Source: Clostridia bacterium (GTDB lineage: Bacteria; Bacillota; Clostridia; Christensenellales; UBA1242). Taken from it: 64,000 nucleotides of DNA. Under the pieces are notes generated by a model. That model saw nothing but the letters and a program-made list of their open reading frames with translations, made no database searches and was not told the origin of the DNA. This document shows, one piece after another, positions 38,105-47,673 of the stretch. The stretch lies in contig JAFUSN010000001.1 in the NCBI GenBank assembly GCA_017467625.1, forward strand, positions 21,844-85,843, written 5' to 3'. The translations under genes were made by a program, and so were the position numbers. The stretch's first letter is position 1, and each line of letters starts with the position of its first letter.

Positions 38105-38131
38105 TTGATTTCCAAGCATAGCTCGGAGCGT

Positions 38132-38492
38132 TGGTGGAGGTGGCGAGATTGAACTCGCGTCCAAAAAGAAAAACTTAAACCCTTCTACGCACAGTAGTTT
38201 ATTTTTTATTTCACTGAAAGTTCTAAACAAACAAAACCCCCTCAGCAATTTGGAAAAATTTCAAACACCACTGTTCCAACACCAGTGGCGTTCAACCTAC
38301 TAAACTGTCAACAATTTATTGTCCGTAGGAAACAAAAAATTGCCGTGCCGCTAAAATTAAGCAGCAATTGCAGCGTCAGCTGCAACAAAATTATTTTCTG
38401 CGTTTATTTTTTTGCTTGTTTTAATGTAGACAAGCTCTACACATGCGCTTATAATTCAAATTTTAACCTTTCTGTCGAAACCTTGCACCCCC
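38132..38492 (-). ncRNA. ssrA: tmRNA (SsrA), one-piece
   Basis: 5' GGGGGUGCAAGGUUUCGACAG and 3' GGACGCGAGUUCAAUCUCGCCACCUCCACCA, with the G3:U70 pair. Tag reading frame GCA GAA AAT AAT TTT GTT GCA GCT GAC GCT GCA ATT GCT GCT TAA gives (A)ENNFVAADAAIAA. Adjacent to smpB. Confidence 0.92.
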
Positions 38493-38554
38493 ATATTCTT
38501 CTAAATTTTGCAAAATTTTACTAATTTTTTAACAATTTTGCACTTTTTTGAAAA

Positions 38555-38998
38555 TTATCTATCGGCAAGCTGTCTTTCTGCATAACGCTTTAAATCACTC
38601 TTTTTTATATCTTGCTTTTTATCATAATTTTTCTTTCCCTTTGCAAGAGCAATTTCAACCTTTGCGTAGTCACCAGAAAAATAAACTTTTGTTGGAACTA
38701 GAGTGTAGCCCTGCTCTTTTATTTTTCTTTGCAGTTTTTCAATTTCCTGCTTTTTTAAAAGCAACTTTCTTGTTCTTCGTTCATCTGGAACAAATGAACC
38801 TGTTTTTTCAAAACTTGAAATAAAACAATTAAGCAGAAAAATTTCACCACCGCGAATAACTGCATAACTATCTTTTAAATTTACCTTTCCAGCTCTAATT
38901 GACTTAACTTCACTTCCAAGCAAAACTAAACCCGCTTCAATTGGGCTTTCCAAAAAATAATTATGCCTAGCTTCCCTGTTTTCAGTGATAATTTTCAT
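38555..38998 (-). CDS. smpB: SsrA-binding protein
   Basis: NREARHNYF...GSEVKSIR...RTRKLLL motifs; 147 aa. Confidence 0.95.
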   Translation of the reverse strand: MKIITENREARHNYFLESPIEAGLVLLGSEVKSIRAGKVNLKDSYAVIRGGEIFLLNCFISSFEKTGSFVPDERRTRKLLLKKQEIEKLQRKIKEQGYTLVPTKVYFSGDYAKVEIALAKGKKNYDKKQDIKKSDLKRYAERQLADR

Positions 38999-39112
38999 GA
39001 GTGTATTTTAACACAAAAAAACTTTACTTGCAAGAGTAATTAACAAATTGTTCTCTATTGACTTTACACATGAGTTGGGTTATAATATAATTACTAAATA
39101 TGTGGAGGAATT

Positions 39113-40078
39113 ATGGAAACTTATCCTTGGGAATTGCAGCATAATTTTAAAAAACATTACAATGAAAAGCATAATGATTCGAGACATAAAATTTTAGAAT
39201 TTGAATACAAAATTATAAATACCCATAACAATTTACCTAATGGTGAAGAAAACCATAAAGCAAGAAATCTTATTAAAGTAATTAAAAATAAAATTGATCT
39301 TGCAAATGAATCGGGTTTTCCAATTTTATTTAATGTTGTTTTTGAATATGCACACAATGCATCTATCAATTTTGAAGTCCCAATTTTACCAACCTTTTTG
39401 CATAAAAGGGCAGATGACGTTTTATTTATGGATAATTGCATACTTAATAATAACGAAACTGATTTTATTGAAAACACAAAAAAGATATACCCTTCACCTA
39501 TAAATACAGATGGATCACCAAGTTTTAATGAAAATGAAAACTATAAAAATGATACTCAACAACAATTAATTGATATTATAGAGCACATAATGCAGGAGTT
39601 ATTAATTAAGTATTGCTACTACAAATCTGTACCAGGACTGCGTAATTTTATTGAAAATTTAGATTTCTTCAAAGGCAATAATTTAAAAAAAAGCGGGGTT
39701 AAACTAGTTGATTTGTATAATAATACATCAGGACTATATAATAATGATGATACTTCTTACGAGCAACAATTAAAAAATATTGAAACTTATCTCAACTTAG
39801 AATATTATAACGAAAACAATAATGACCCATACCAAGTTGTATATACCGGCAGTGGCACAATAATGCATTTTATTGGGCTTGAAAAAATTCTATTTGGCGA
39901 TAAAATTAATAATTTTAATAAACAAAAGTTAATTAATCTTACAATGAAAAGACTTAGATCATCTAATAAAATTCAATTAAATGAATGCTCTTTTTTAAAT
40001 AAATACTTTGATTCTTATAATAATATAAATTCACGATCTAATGAACAATTAAACTCCATAAAACAACAATCTTTATAA
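39113..40078 (+). CDS. Asn-rich orphan protein, 321 aa, in an AT-rich segment
   Basis: GGAGG RBS, intact ORF, no recognisable family. Opposite strand to the flanking rnr and smpB. Confidence 0.55.
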   Translation: METYPWELQHNFKKHYNEKHNDSRHKILEFEYKIINTHNNLPNGEENHKARNLIKVIKNKIDLANESGFPILFNVVFEYAHNASINFEVPILPTFLHKRADDVLFMDNCILNNNETDFIENTKKIYPSPINTDGSPSFNENENYKNDTQQQLIDIIEHIMQELLIKYCYYKSVPGLRNFIENLDFFKGNNLKKSGVKLVDLYNNTSGLYNNDDTSYEQQLKNIETYLNLEYYNENNNDPYQVVYTGSGTIMHFIGLEKILFGDKINNFNKQKLINLTMKRLRSSNKIQLNECSFLNKYFDSYNNINSRSNEQLNSIKQQSL

Positions 40079-40087
40079 GTTTTAAAT

Positions 40088-40116
40088 AAAAGCAGTGGAA
40101 ATTCCACTGCTTTTTA
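40088..40116. terminator. Bidirectional terminator (orphan ORF / rnr)
   Basis: GCAGTGG-aaatt-CCACTGC hairpin flanked by an A-run and a T-run. Confidence 0.7.
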
Positions 40117-42453
40117 TCTTTTTCCACGACCTCTGCCGCCACTTTTTGATTTTCGCATTTGATGCTTGCGACTTTTGTTTCTATTTTCATTATGGAAATT
40201 TTTTGCATTTTTTGAATAATTTTCATTATTTTTTTGTGAATTTTCATAATTTGAACGGGAATTTCGCAAAAAATCAATTCTTTCTTCCGTTGTAACTTCC
40301 CTATGAAAATTTGAAAGTTCAAAATCAACACGCCTTAAAACAATATCAACCGAAACAACTCTAATTTCAATTTTGTCACCAATTTTATAAACGGCACCGT
40401 TTCCAGAAAGTGAATATCGTGTTTCATTATATTCATAGGCGGCTTGTGGAAGCCTTAAAATAGAAACAAAACCTTCAACTGTATTTTCAAGTTCAACATA
40501 AAATCCATTTGCTGTTACACTGGAAATTACACCCTCATAAACTTCACCAATTTTGTTTGCCATAAACTCTGTTTTCTTTTGATCATCAACCGTTCTCTCA
40601 GCTTCTTCGGCTTGACGCTCCATTGTGCTTGAGCGTTCGGCTGAATTACTTACAAATTCTTCAAGCTCATGAATACGCTTTTGATTGAGCTTGCCTTCCA
40701 AACTTTCACTAATTATTCTGTGAATTGAAAGATCTGGATATCTTCTAATTGGAGAAGTGAAATGACAGTAATCACGGAGTGCTAAACCAAAGTGCCCAAG
40801 ATTAACTGTGTCATACCTTGCTTTTTGCATACTTCGGAGCATAACTTTTGAAAGTGCAGTTGAATAATCTTGACCTTCACTGAGTTTGAGCAAAACCTGG
40901 AAGTCTTTTGGACTTGGATCTTTGCTGCTTGAAACAAACTTTAAACCGAGCCCCGCAGCAAATGCCCTAAACTTTTGAACTCTTTCAAGAACTGGTGGTT
41001 CATGAACACGATAAACAAATGGCAATTCCATTTTATCAAAATGACGAGCAATTACTTCATTTGTGATAACCATAAATTGTTCAATAATTTTATCTGACAT
41101 TTCCCTTGGCTTTCTGTGAACATCAGCAACAGTTCCGTCTTTATTTAAAATTATTTCTGGTTCAGGAATATCAAAATCAAGTTGACCTGCAGCATCTCGC
41201 CTTGCAATTAAAATTTCTGCCAAATCCTTCATATCAGCCAAAATTGGAACAAGTTCAGCGTATTTTTCGCACATTTCCTTGTCGCCATTTAAAATTTTAG
41301 TTACTTTGTTGTATGTCATGCGATATTTTGATTTGATTATACCTTTATGAATTTCATAATCGGTAACTTTTCCGTTGCGAGCTATTGTCATTTCAACAGC
41401 TAAAACAAAGCGATTTTCATTAGGATTTAATGAACAAATTCCATTTGAAAGTTCAACTGGAAGCATTGGCAAAACATGATCTGGAAAATATACGCTTGTT
41501 CCACGCTTAAACGCTTCCGCATCAAGTTTTGAACCCTCACGAACATAGTGAGAAACATCGGCAATATAAACCCCAAGACGATAATTTTCGCCGTGTTTTT
41601 CAATTGAAATTGCATCATCAAAATCTCGTGCATCATCACCATCAATTGTGAAAATTACTCGATTTCTATAATCTTTTCTGCCTGTCTGTTTTTCAGTTTC
41701 AACCGGAACATCAACTTTTTTTGCTTCTGCAACAACATCATCAGGGAATTCTTCAAACAAATTATATGAACGAATTATTGAAAGAGTTGTTACCCTTGCA
41801 TCTTTTGGATCACCCAAAATTTCACGAACTCGTCCTCTTGCCATTTTTGCAGCCGATGGATAATCAAGAATGTCAAGCACAACTTTTGAGCCATTTGGTG
41901 CGCCATTAATATCGCTATTTGCAACAAAAACGGATTCAGCAAACCTTGTGTCATCTGGAAGCACTGTTGCAATTCCCCTGTCATTGATTGACAAAATTCC
42001 AACAACAACCTTAAAACCTCTTTCAACAATTTCTGCAACTCTTCCTTCACGTTTGCCTTGAGCAACAAGTGGAAGGTCACGCCTGAACCTTCTTTCCTTT
42101 CCAGTTATGCCAATTTCAACCATAACCGTATCACCATGACATGCATCATTTAAGTTGGCAACTGAAATGAAAATATCATTGTCTTTTTCGCCCGAAATTG
42201 GCCTTGCAAAGGCATAATCTTTACTTGTTCCAAGAAGTGTGCATTTTATGAGTTCTTCATGTTTTAATGCAACATATTCGCCGTTTTTATACCTTTTTAA
42301 TCTTCCGTGTTTAATTAAACTATTGAGTGCATCAACTAATGCTCTTTTATCAAATCCATGTTCAAACCCCGTGGCATGCGACAAGTCAGCAAGTGTAAAC
42401 TTTTGCTTGTGAAGACCCAGGATTTTGTTATAAACAACCTCTTCAAAATTCAT
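40114..42453 (-). CDS. rnr: Ribonuclease R
   Basis: RNB-domain motifs (IDGDDARDFDDAIS, HFGL...YCHFTSPIRRYPD), an S1 domain and a basic C-terminal tail. Start at MNFEEV with a GAGGT RBS; the ORF is open from 42468. Confidence 0.95.
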   Translation of the reverse strand: MNFEEVVYNKILGLHKQKFTLADLSHATGFEHGFDKRALVDALNSLIKHGRLKRYKNGEYVALKHEELIKCTLLGTSKDYAFARPISGEKDNDIFISVANLNDACHGDTVMVEIGITGKERRFRRDLPLVAQGKREGRVAEIVERGFKVVVGILSINDRGIATVLPDDTRFAESVFVANSDINGAPNGSKVVLDILDYPSAAKMARGRVREILGDPKDARVTTLSIIRSYNLFEEFPDDVVAEAKKVDVPVETEKQTGRKDYRNRVIFTIDGDDARDFDDAISIEKHGENYRLGVYIADVSHYVREGSKLDAEAFKRGTSVYFPDHVLPMLPVELSNGICSLNPNENRFVLAVEMTIARNGKVTDYEIHKGIIKSKYRMTYNKVTKILNGDKEMCEKYAELVPILADMKDLAEILIARRDAAGQLDFDIPEPEIILNKDGTVADVHRKPREMSDKIIEQFMVITNEVIARHFDKMELPFVYRVHEPPVLERVQKFRAFAAGLGLKFVSSSKDPSPKDFQVLLKLSEGQDYSTALSKVMLRSMQKARYDTVNLGHFGLALRDYCHFTSPIRRYPDLSIHRIISESLEGKLNQKRIHELEEFVSNSAERSSTMERQAEEAERTVDDQKKTEFMANKIGEVYEGVISSVTANGFYVELENTVEGFVSILRLPQAAYEYNETRYSLSGNGAVYKIGDKIEIRVVSVDIVLRRVDFELSNFHREVTTEERIDFLRNSRSNYENSQKNNENYSKNAKNFHNENRNKSRKHQMRKSKSGGRGRGKR

Positions 42454-42539
42454 ATTAACCTCAAACATATTATATATTAGGAAATATCAAAAAACAAATA
42501 AAAAAAATATAAAAACGATTAAAATTTTAATTTAAAATA

Positions 42540-42568
42540 TTGACACCAAATAGTTTTCTTTTTATAAT
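42540..42568 (+). promoter_or_regulatory. Promoter of the mgtE leader
   Basis: TTGACA, 17 nt, TATAAT. Confidence 0.6.
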
Positions 42569-42582
42569 GATTATAGTTTTAT

Positions 42583-42767
42583 GTATTTCGGTAGGTAAGA
42601 CTACCATAGGGATACGGGTTGCTGCCGCCGTCAAAAGGAGACTTTTGCCGGCTGGTTAACAAATCTTCTCGACAAACAAGGGAAAATTTAATGCAATTCC
42701 ACCGCCCTACGGAGTTAAAGCTTGAACGGGATATGTTTTTGCATATTCCCGCAAGGGAATTTTTTTA
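42583..42767 (+). promoter_or_regulatory. M-box (ykoK-type) Mg2+ riboswitch with terminator
   Basis: TCGGTAGGTAAGACTACC...GGGATACGGGTTGCTGCCGCC...TTAATGCAATTCCACCGCCCTACGGAGTTAAAGC resembles the M-box core. Terminator ATTCCC-GCAA-GGGAAT plus T7; upstream of mgtE. Confidence 0.85.
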
Positions 42768-42781
42768 TTGGAGGAAAAATT

Positions 42782-44479
42782 ATGTTCAGAGAAAAAATTG
42801 TTGAATTATTCAAAAATAATCAATTTGAAGAACTTGAAAAATTTGTAGAAAAAATTGAAAAATCTGAATATGACGAACTTGCTAAAGAGTTGAGTTCAAT
42901 TGATAAAGAACTTTTAGCTGACATTATGCCAAAGCTTCCAGAAGAAGTTTCAGCTGAAATTTTCATGAAGTTTCCTGAAGATTTGCAAAAATTTTTAACG
43001 GAGAATATTAGTGATATTGAATTTGAAGCTGTTGCAGAAGAACTTTTGGATGCTGATGCTGAAGACAATGTTTCAACTGAAGTTTTAAATGAAATTTTGC
43101 TGAAAGCTGATGCAGATGTTCGACATGAAAAACTTTTGGAAATTATTGATGAACTTGAAAATAAAAACTTTTCAAAACTCAAACCTCTTTTAAAGGAAAT
43201 GGATCCGGTTGATATTGCAGATGTTATGAGCGATATTGACGATGAAAATGTGGCTGTTTTGTTCCGTCTTCTTCCTAAAGATACTGCAAGTGATGTTTTT
43301 GTTAACATGGATTCTGATGCACAAGAGATTTTGATTAAGTCATTCACCGATAAAGAACTTGGATTTATTATCAATGATCTCTTTGTTGACGACACAGTTG
43401 ACATTATTGAAGAAATGCCATCAAATGTTGTTAGGAGAATCATCAAACTTTCAAACAGTGAAACAAGGGATAGCATTAACAAACTTTTAGGATTTCCAAA
43501 AGACAGTGCTGGAACAATTATGACAACAGAACTTGTTACCCTTCGTGCAAAAATGAGAGTTGAAGAAGCATTGAAAAAAATTCGCAGACAAGCCCTGGAC
43601 AAAGAAACAATTTACACTTGTTATGTTACAGATGATGAAAAACATTTACTTGGAACAGTTTCACTTCGTGATTTAATTGTTCATGCTCCAACTGACAAAT
43701 TAAGTTCTTTTATGACTGAAAACTTTATTTCAGCTCATACGCACGACGATAAAGAAGAAGTGGCAAACTTACTTAAAAAATATGACCTTCTTGCAATTCC
43801 AATTGTGGATAGTGAAAACAGAATTAATGGTATTGTTACTGTTGACGATGCTATGGATGTTTTGCAAGATGAAGCAACTGAAGATATTAGTATGCTTCAC
43901 GGTGTTACTCCTACTGCAAAACCATATCTTCAAACAAGTGTTTGGTCAATTTTTAAATCAAGAGTGCCTTGGCTTTTGCTTTTGCTGGTTTCAGCAACAT
44001 TCACAGGGCTTATCATTAACACTTATGAAAGTACTTTGAATGAACTCAGTCCGCTTTTGTTTGCGTGTGTTCCAATGCTCATGGACTCCGGTGGCAACGC
44101 TGGAAGTCAAGCATCCGTTACCGTTATTCGCTCACTTGCACTTGATGAACTTCACCCAAAAGATGTTTTAAAAGTCGTTTGGAAAGAAATTAGAGTTGCT
44201 GTTATGCTTGCTGCTGTGCTTGCAGTTGCATGTTTTGCAAAACTTCAACTTATTGATAAACTCATTTTTGGATATGATTACACAATTTTAGTTTCAGTTG
44301 TTGTTTCAATTGCACTTTTTGTTACAATTTGCATTGCAAAAATGGTTGGCGCCTGTCTTCCACTGTTGGCTAAAAAGTTTAAACTTGACCCAGCAGTTGT
44401 TGCAAGCCCATTTATCACAACAATTGTTGATGCAGTTTCACTCATGCTTTTCTGTCAAATTGCAATTATGATTTTATAA
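42782..44479 (+). CDS. mgtE: Magnesium transporter MgtE
   Basis: N-domain, tandem CBS domains and TM domain with MDSGGNAGSQ. Start MFREKI after a GGAGGA RBS. Confidence 0.95.
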   Translation: MFREKIVELFKNNQFEELEKFVEKIEKSEYDELAKELSSIDKELLADIMPKLPEEVSAEIFMKFPEDLQKFLTENISDIEFEAVAEELLDADAEDNVSTEVLNEILLKADADVRHEKLLEIIDELENKNFSKLKPLLKEMDPVDIADVMSDIDDENVAVLFRLLPKDTASDVFVNMDSDAQEILIKSFTDKELGFIINDLFVDDTVDIIEEMPSNVVRRIIKLSNSETRDSINKLLGFPKDSAGTIMTTELVTLRAKMRVEEALKKIRRQALDKETIYTCYVTDDEKHLLGTVSLRDLIVHAPTDKLSSFMTENFISAHTHDDKEEVANLLKKYDLLAIPIVDSENRINGIVTVDDAMDVLQDEATEDISMLHGVTPTAKPYLQTSVWSIFKSRVPWLLLLLVSATFTGLIINTYESTLNELSPLLFACVPMLMDSGGNAGSQASVTVIRSLALDELHPKDVLKVVWKEIRVAVMLAAVLAVACFAKLQLIDKLIFGYDYTILVSVVVSIALFVTICIAKMVGACLPLLAKKFKLDPAVVASPFITTIVDAVSLMLFCQIAIMIL

Positions 44480-44486
44480 AAGAAAA

Positions 44487-44516
44487 AAACCACCAAAAAT
44501 TTGGTGGTTTTTGTTT
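44487..44516 (+). terminator. mgtE terminator
   Basis: AAACCACCAA-AAAT-TTGGTGGTTT plus a T-run. Confidence 0.8.
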
Positions 44517-44549
44517 ACAAAAAAAAAGATGGAAGCCCATCTTTTTTTA
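44517..44549 (-). terminator. Alpha-operon (rplQ) terminator
   Basis: AAGATGG-GCTT-CCATCTT with T9 on the minus strand. Confidence 0.8.
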
Positions 44550-45059
44550 TTAAATAAGTTCAACAATAGCCATTTGAGCATTGTCGCCACGACGAATTGT
44601 TGTTTTAAGAACTCTTGTATATCCGCCCTTTTGACCTTTTTCTTTTGCTCTTTCAGCATATTTTGGAGCAAGATCATCAAATATCTTTTCAACAAGTGGC
44701 ATTTGAATTCCATTTGTTCTAGCTTCAAAATCAGCTGGTTTTTCGCCTTTTTGCTTTTGCTCTTGTCTGTCTTCAACTAAAGCAATAATTTTTCTTCTAG
44801 CGTTCATTTTGCGAACACCATCTTTTGAAACTGTAACAGTTTTTTCTTTTCCGTTTTTATCAGTTGTTTTCTTTTCAACTGTTACAACATCTTCATAAGA
44901 ATTGATTGCCAAAGTGAGAATTTTTTCAGCTTGACGAGCAGCAGCTTTCGCTCTGTCAAAAGTTGTTTCAATACGGCCATACCACAAAAGGTCTGTTGCA
45001 AGATTTGAAACCAAAGCAAGTCTTTGGTCAGTTGGCTTTCCTAATTTTCTTGTGTCCAT
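44550..45059 (-). CDS. rplQ: 50S ribosomal protein L17 (expanded, 169 aa)
   Basis: RKLGKPTDQR...GGYTRVLK...GDNAQMAIVELI, with two internal insertions. Confidence 0.95.
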   Translation of the reverse strand: MDTRKLGKPTDQRLALVSNLATDLLWYGRIETTFDRAKAAARQAEKILTLAINSYEDVVTVEKKTTDKNGKEKTVTVSKDGVRKMNARRKIIALVEDRQEQKQKGEKPADFEARTNGIQMPLVEKIFDDLAPKYAERAKEKGQKGGYTRVLKTTIRRGDNAQMAIVELI

Positions 45060-45070
45060 ATTTTCTCTCC

Positions 45071-46024
45071 TTAATCTTCGTTAGTCTTAAGACCAAGTCC
45101 AAGACTTTCAAGTTTATGAATAACTTCATCAAGTGATTTTCTTCCAAGGTTTTTAACTTTAAGCATGTCATCTTCTGATCTTTTGATTAAATCTTCAACA
45201 GTGTTGATGCCCGCTCTCTTTAAACAGTTGTATGAACGAACTGATAAATCCATATCTTCAACGCTCATAACAAGAAGTTTGTGAACCTTGTCTTCTTCAC
45301 GGCTAACCAAAATGTTTGTGTTAGCCATATTGTCAACGAGTTCAATGAATAAGTCATTATACTCGTTCATAAGTTTAGCTGATAAACTTATGACTTCTTT
45401 AGCTGAAACAGTTCCGTTTGTTGTTACTTCCAAAGTAAGTTTGTCAAAGTCTGTGTTTTGACCAACACGAGTGTTTTCAACAACATAACTTGCTCTACGA
45501 ACTGGTGTGTAGATGCTGTCAATAGCGATATAGCCAATTGGAAGGCTCATATCTTTATTTTTGTCAGCAGGAACATAACCTCTTCCCTGTCCAACTAAAA
45601 TGTCCATATCGAGTTCACCATCAGCTTCAAGTGTGCAAATATACATGTTTTTGTTCATGATATGCACTTCATCATCTTCAGCAATGTCACCAGCAGTAAC
45701 AACTGCAGGTCCTTTAGCTTTAAGTTTTAATGTTTTTTTGAAATTTTTGTCATCGGAATCAATTTTAACTGCTAAGCCCTTCATGTTAAGGACAACTTCA
45801 GTAACATCTTCCTTTGCACCTTTTAGGGCCATGAATTCATGGTCCACACCAGCTATTCTAATGTTAGTAACAGCTGAACCAGGAAGGCTAGATAAAAGAA
45901 TTCTTCTAAGTGCGTTTCCAATTGTTACACCGAAACCCTTTTCAAGTGGTTCAACAACAAATTTTGCGTATGATCCACCTTTTTCTTCTTCGCATTCAAT
46001 CCTTGGTTTTTCAATATTTAACAT
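45071..46024 (-). CDS. rpoA: DNA-directed RNA polymerase subunit alpha
   Basis: GNALRRILLSS and C-terminal-domain LSVRSYNCLKRAGI motifs. Confidence 0.97.
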   Translation of the reverse strand: MLNIEKPRIECEEEKGGSYAKFVVEPLEKGFGVTIGNALRRILLSSLPGSAVTNIRIAGVDHEFMALKGAKEDVTEVVLNMKGLAVKIDSDDKNFKKTLKLKAKGPAVVTAGDIAEDDEVHIMNKNMYICTLEADGELDMDILVGQGRGYVPADKNKDMSLPIGYIAIDSIYTPVRRASYVVENTRVGQNTDFDKLTLEVTTNGTVSAKEVISLSAKLMNEYNDLFIELVDNMANTNILVSREEDKVHKLLVMSVEDMDLSVRSYNCLKRAGINTVEDLIKRSEDDMLKVKNLGRKSLDEVIHKLESLGLGLKTNED

Positions 46025-46048
46025 ATGCTTCCCCTCACAATTTAAATT

Positions 46049-46669
46049 TTATTTTGAGTAAAGTTCGATAATAAGATGTTCTGAAATAGTTAAATCAATA
46101 TCATCTCTTGCAGGAAGAGCAACAACTTTTCCTGTAAGTTTTGATGAATCAAATTCAAGCCACTTTGGAACGACAACTTTTGCATCTTTAATTGCAGCAA
46201 AAAGTTCACTCTTTGCGCTCTTTTCTTTAACAGAAATTACATCACCAACTTTAACTTGATATGATGGAATGTTAACTGTTTTTCCATTAACCAAAATGTG
46301 TGCGTGGTTAACAATTTGTCTAGCTTGAGCACGGCTTGCACCAAGTCCAAGGCGATAAACAACATTGTCAAGTCTTCTCTCTAAAAGACTGAGCATAATT
46401 TCACCAGTTTTTCCTTTCATTCTGGTTGCGCTTTCATAGTATCCTCTAAATTGCTTTTCAAGTAAACCATAAGCTCTTTTTACTTTTTGTTTTTCACGAA
46501 GCTGAATTAAATATTCACTAGGTTTCTTTCTTGTGGTTGGGTGAACGCCAGGAGCAACTGGTCTTCTTTCCATCGCACATTTTTTAGAAGTGCATCTTTC
46601 GCCTTTAAGGAAAAGTTTAGCACCTTCTCTTCTACATAATCTGCAATCTGCATCAATATATTTTGCCAT
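46049..46669 (-). CDS. rpsD: 30S ribosomal protein S4
   Basis: CRLCRREG...LDNVVYRLG motifs. Confidence 0.97.
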   Translation of the reverse strand: MAKYIDADCRLCRREGAKLFLKGERCTSKKCAMERRPVAPGVHPTTRKKPSEYLIQLREKQKVKRAYGLLEKQFRGYYESATRMKGKTGEIMLSLLERRLDNVVYRLGLGASRAQARQIVNHAHILVNGKTVNIPSYQVKVGDVISVKEKSAKSELFAAIKDAKVVVPKWLEFDSSKLTGKVVALPARDDIDLTISEHLIIELYSK

Positions 46670-46684
46670 TTCTTTCTCCTTAAA

Positions 46685-47089
46685 TTAAATTCTTCTTGGT
46701 TTTGGTGGACGGCAACCATTGTGTGGGATTGGAGAAATATCTCTAATCATTGTAACTTCAAGGTCAGCAGCTGCTAAACTTCTAACAGCTGATTCTCTTC
46801 CATTGCCTGGTCCCTTAACATAAACTTCGACTGATTTTAAGCCATAATCTTTGGCAATTTTAGCAGCTTTTTCAGCAGCTTGACCAGCTGCGAAAGGTGT
46901 GCTCTTTTTGCTACCTTTGTATCCAAGTGCACCAGCTGAACAAGCAGCAAGTGCATTTCCTGCAGCATCAGTAACAGTTACGATTGTGTTGTTGAATGAA
47001 GATTGGATGTAAACTCTACCTTTATCAACATTAGCAGTTACTTTACGCTTTTTTGCAGTTGTTTTTTTAACATTTTTCTTCTCTGCCAT
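46685..47089 (-). CDS. rpsK: 30S ribosomal protein S11
   Basis: [10 protein letters not shown]...PHNGCRPPK. Confidence 0.97.
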   Translation of the reverse strand: MAEKKNVKKTTAKKRKVTANVDKGRVYIQSSFNNTIVTVTDAAGNALAACSAGALGYKGSKKSTPFAAGQAAEKAAKIAKDYGLKSVEVYVKGPGNGRESAVRSLAAADLEVTMIRDISPIPHNGCRPPKPRRI

Positions 47090-47105
47090 TTCTACTTATC
47101 CTTCC

Positions 47106-47501
47106 TTATTGTTTTTTTCCTGGTACTTGTTTTTTAAGTTTGTTTGCACCACCAGCTTTCTTTGGACCTTTTCTTGTTCTTGCATTTGATTTTGTGTTTT
47201 GACCACGAACAGGAAGCCCTGCTTTGTGTCTAAGTCCACGATAACTCTTAATTTCGGTAAGTGCTTTAATATTCATGTTAACAACTCTTCTAAGTTCACC
47301 TTCAGTTGTTAAATGCTTATCCATATATTCACGGATTTTACCGATTTGCTCTTCTGACAAATCTTTTACTCTTGTGTCAGGGTCAATTTCAGTAGCTTTC
47401 AAAATTTTGTTAGAAGTTACTCTGCCAATGCCATAAATGTATGTAAGGCCAATTTCAACCCTCTTTTCATTTGGTAAATCTACACCACTAATACGTGCCA
47501 T
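47106..47501 (-). CDS. rpsM: 30S ribosomal protein S13
   Basis: [10 protein letters not shown] after a GGAGG RBS. Confidence 0.97.
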   Translation of the reverse strand: MARISGVDLPNEKRVEIGLTYIYGIGRVTSNKILKATEIDPDTRVKDLSEEQIGKIREYMDKHLTTEGELRRVVNMNIKALTEIKSYRGLRHKAGLPVRGQNTKSNARTRKGPKKAGGANKLKKQVPGKKQ

Positions 47502-47548
47502 TTTATCCTCCACAGATATTTTTTAATTTTAAAATGTTTATTGTTACT

Positions 47549-47580
47549 GCGATATGAAATTTTTGCCGCATTTCAATCGC
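47549..47580 (-). other. Stem-loop in the unusually long rpmJ-rpsM spacer
   Basis: Minus strand: GCGAUUGAAAU-gcggcaaaa-AUUUCA(U)AUCGC, 11 bp with one bulge. Confidence 0.4.
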
Positions 47581-47673
47581 TTTTATAGTTTTGTATATGA
47601 AAGATGATATTTGGCAAGTGGAATGTCTTGTTTCTCCAAATATAATCTTCCATAAACAAAACCAAAGAGAAAA

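Noticed and set aside
37991-38248. 85-aa minus-strand ORF
   Set aside because: It overlaps the 3' half of the tmRNA gene and its terminator. The Pro/Phe-rich translation is an artefact of the structured RNA.
38285-38823. Plus-strand ORFs of 79 aa and 91 aa
   Set aside because: The first lies antisense within ssrA. The second is antisense to smpB. Neither has an RBS or a family resemblance.
42820-43602. 260-aa Ser-rich minus-strand ORF
   Set aside because: It is entirely antisense to the well-supported mgtE CDS. The low-complexity Ser/Ile composition is typical of a shadow frame opposite a Glu/Asp/Leu-rich gene.
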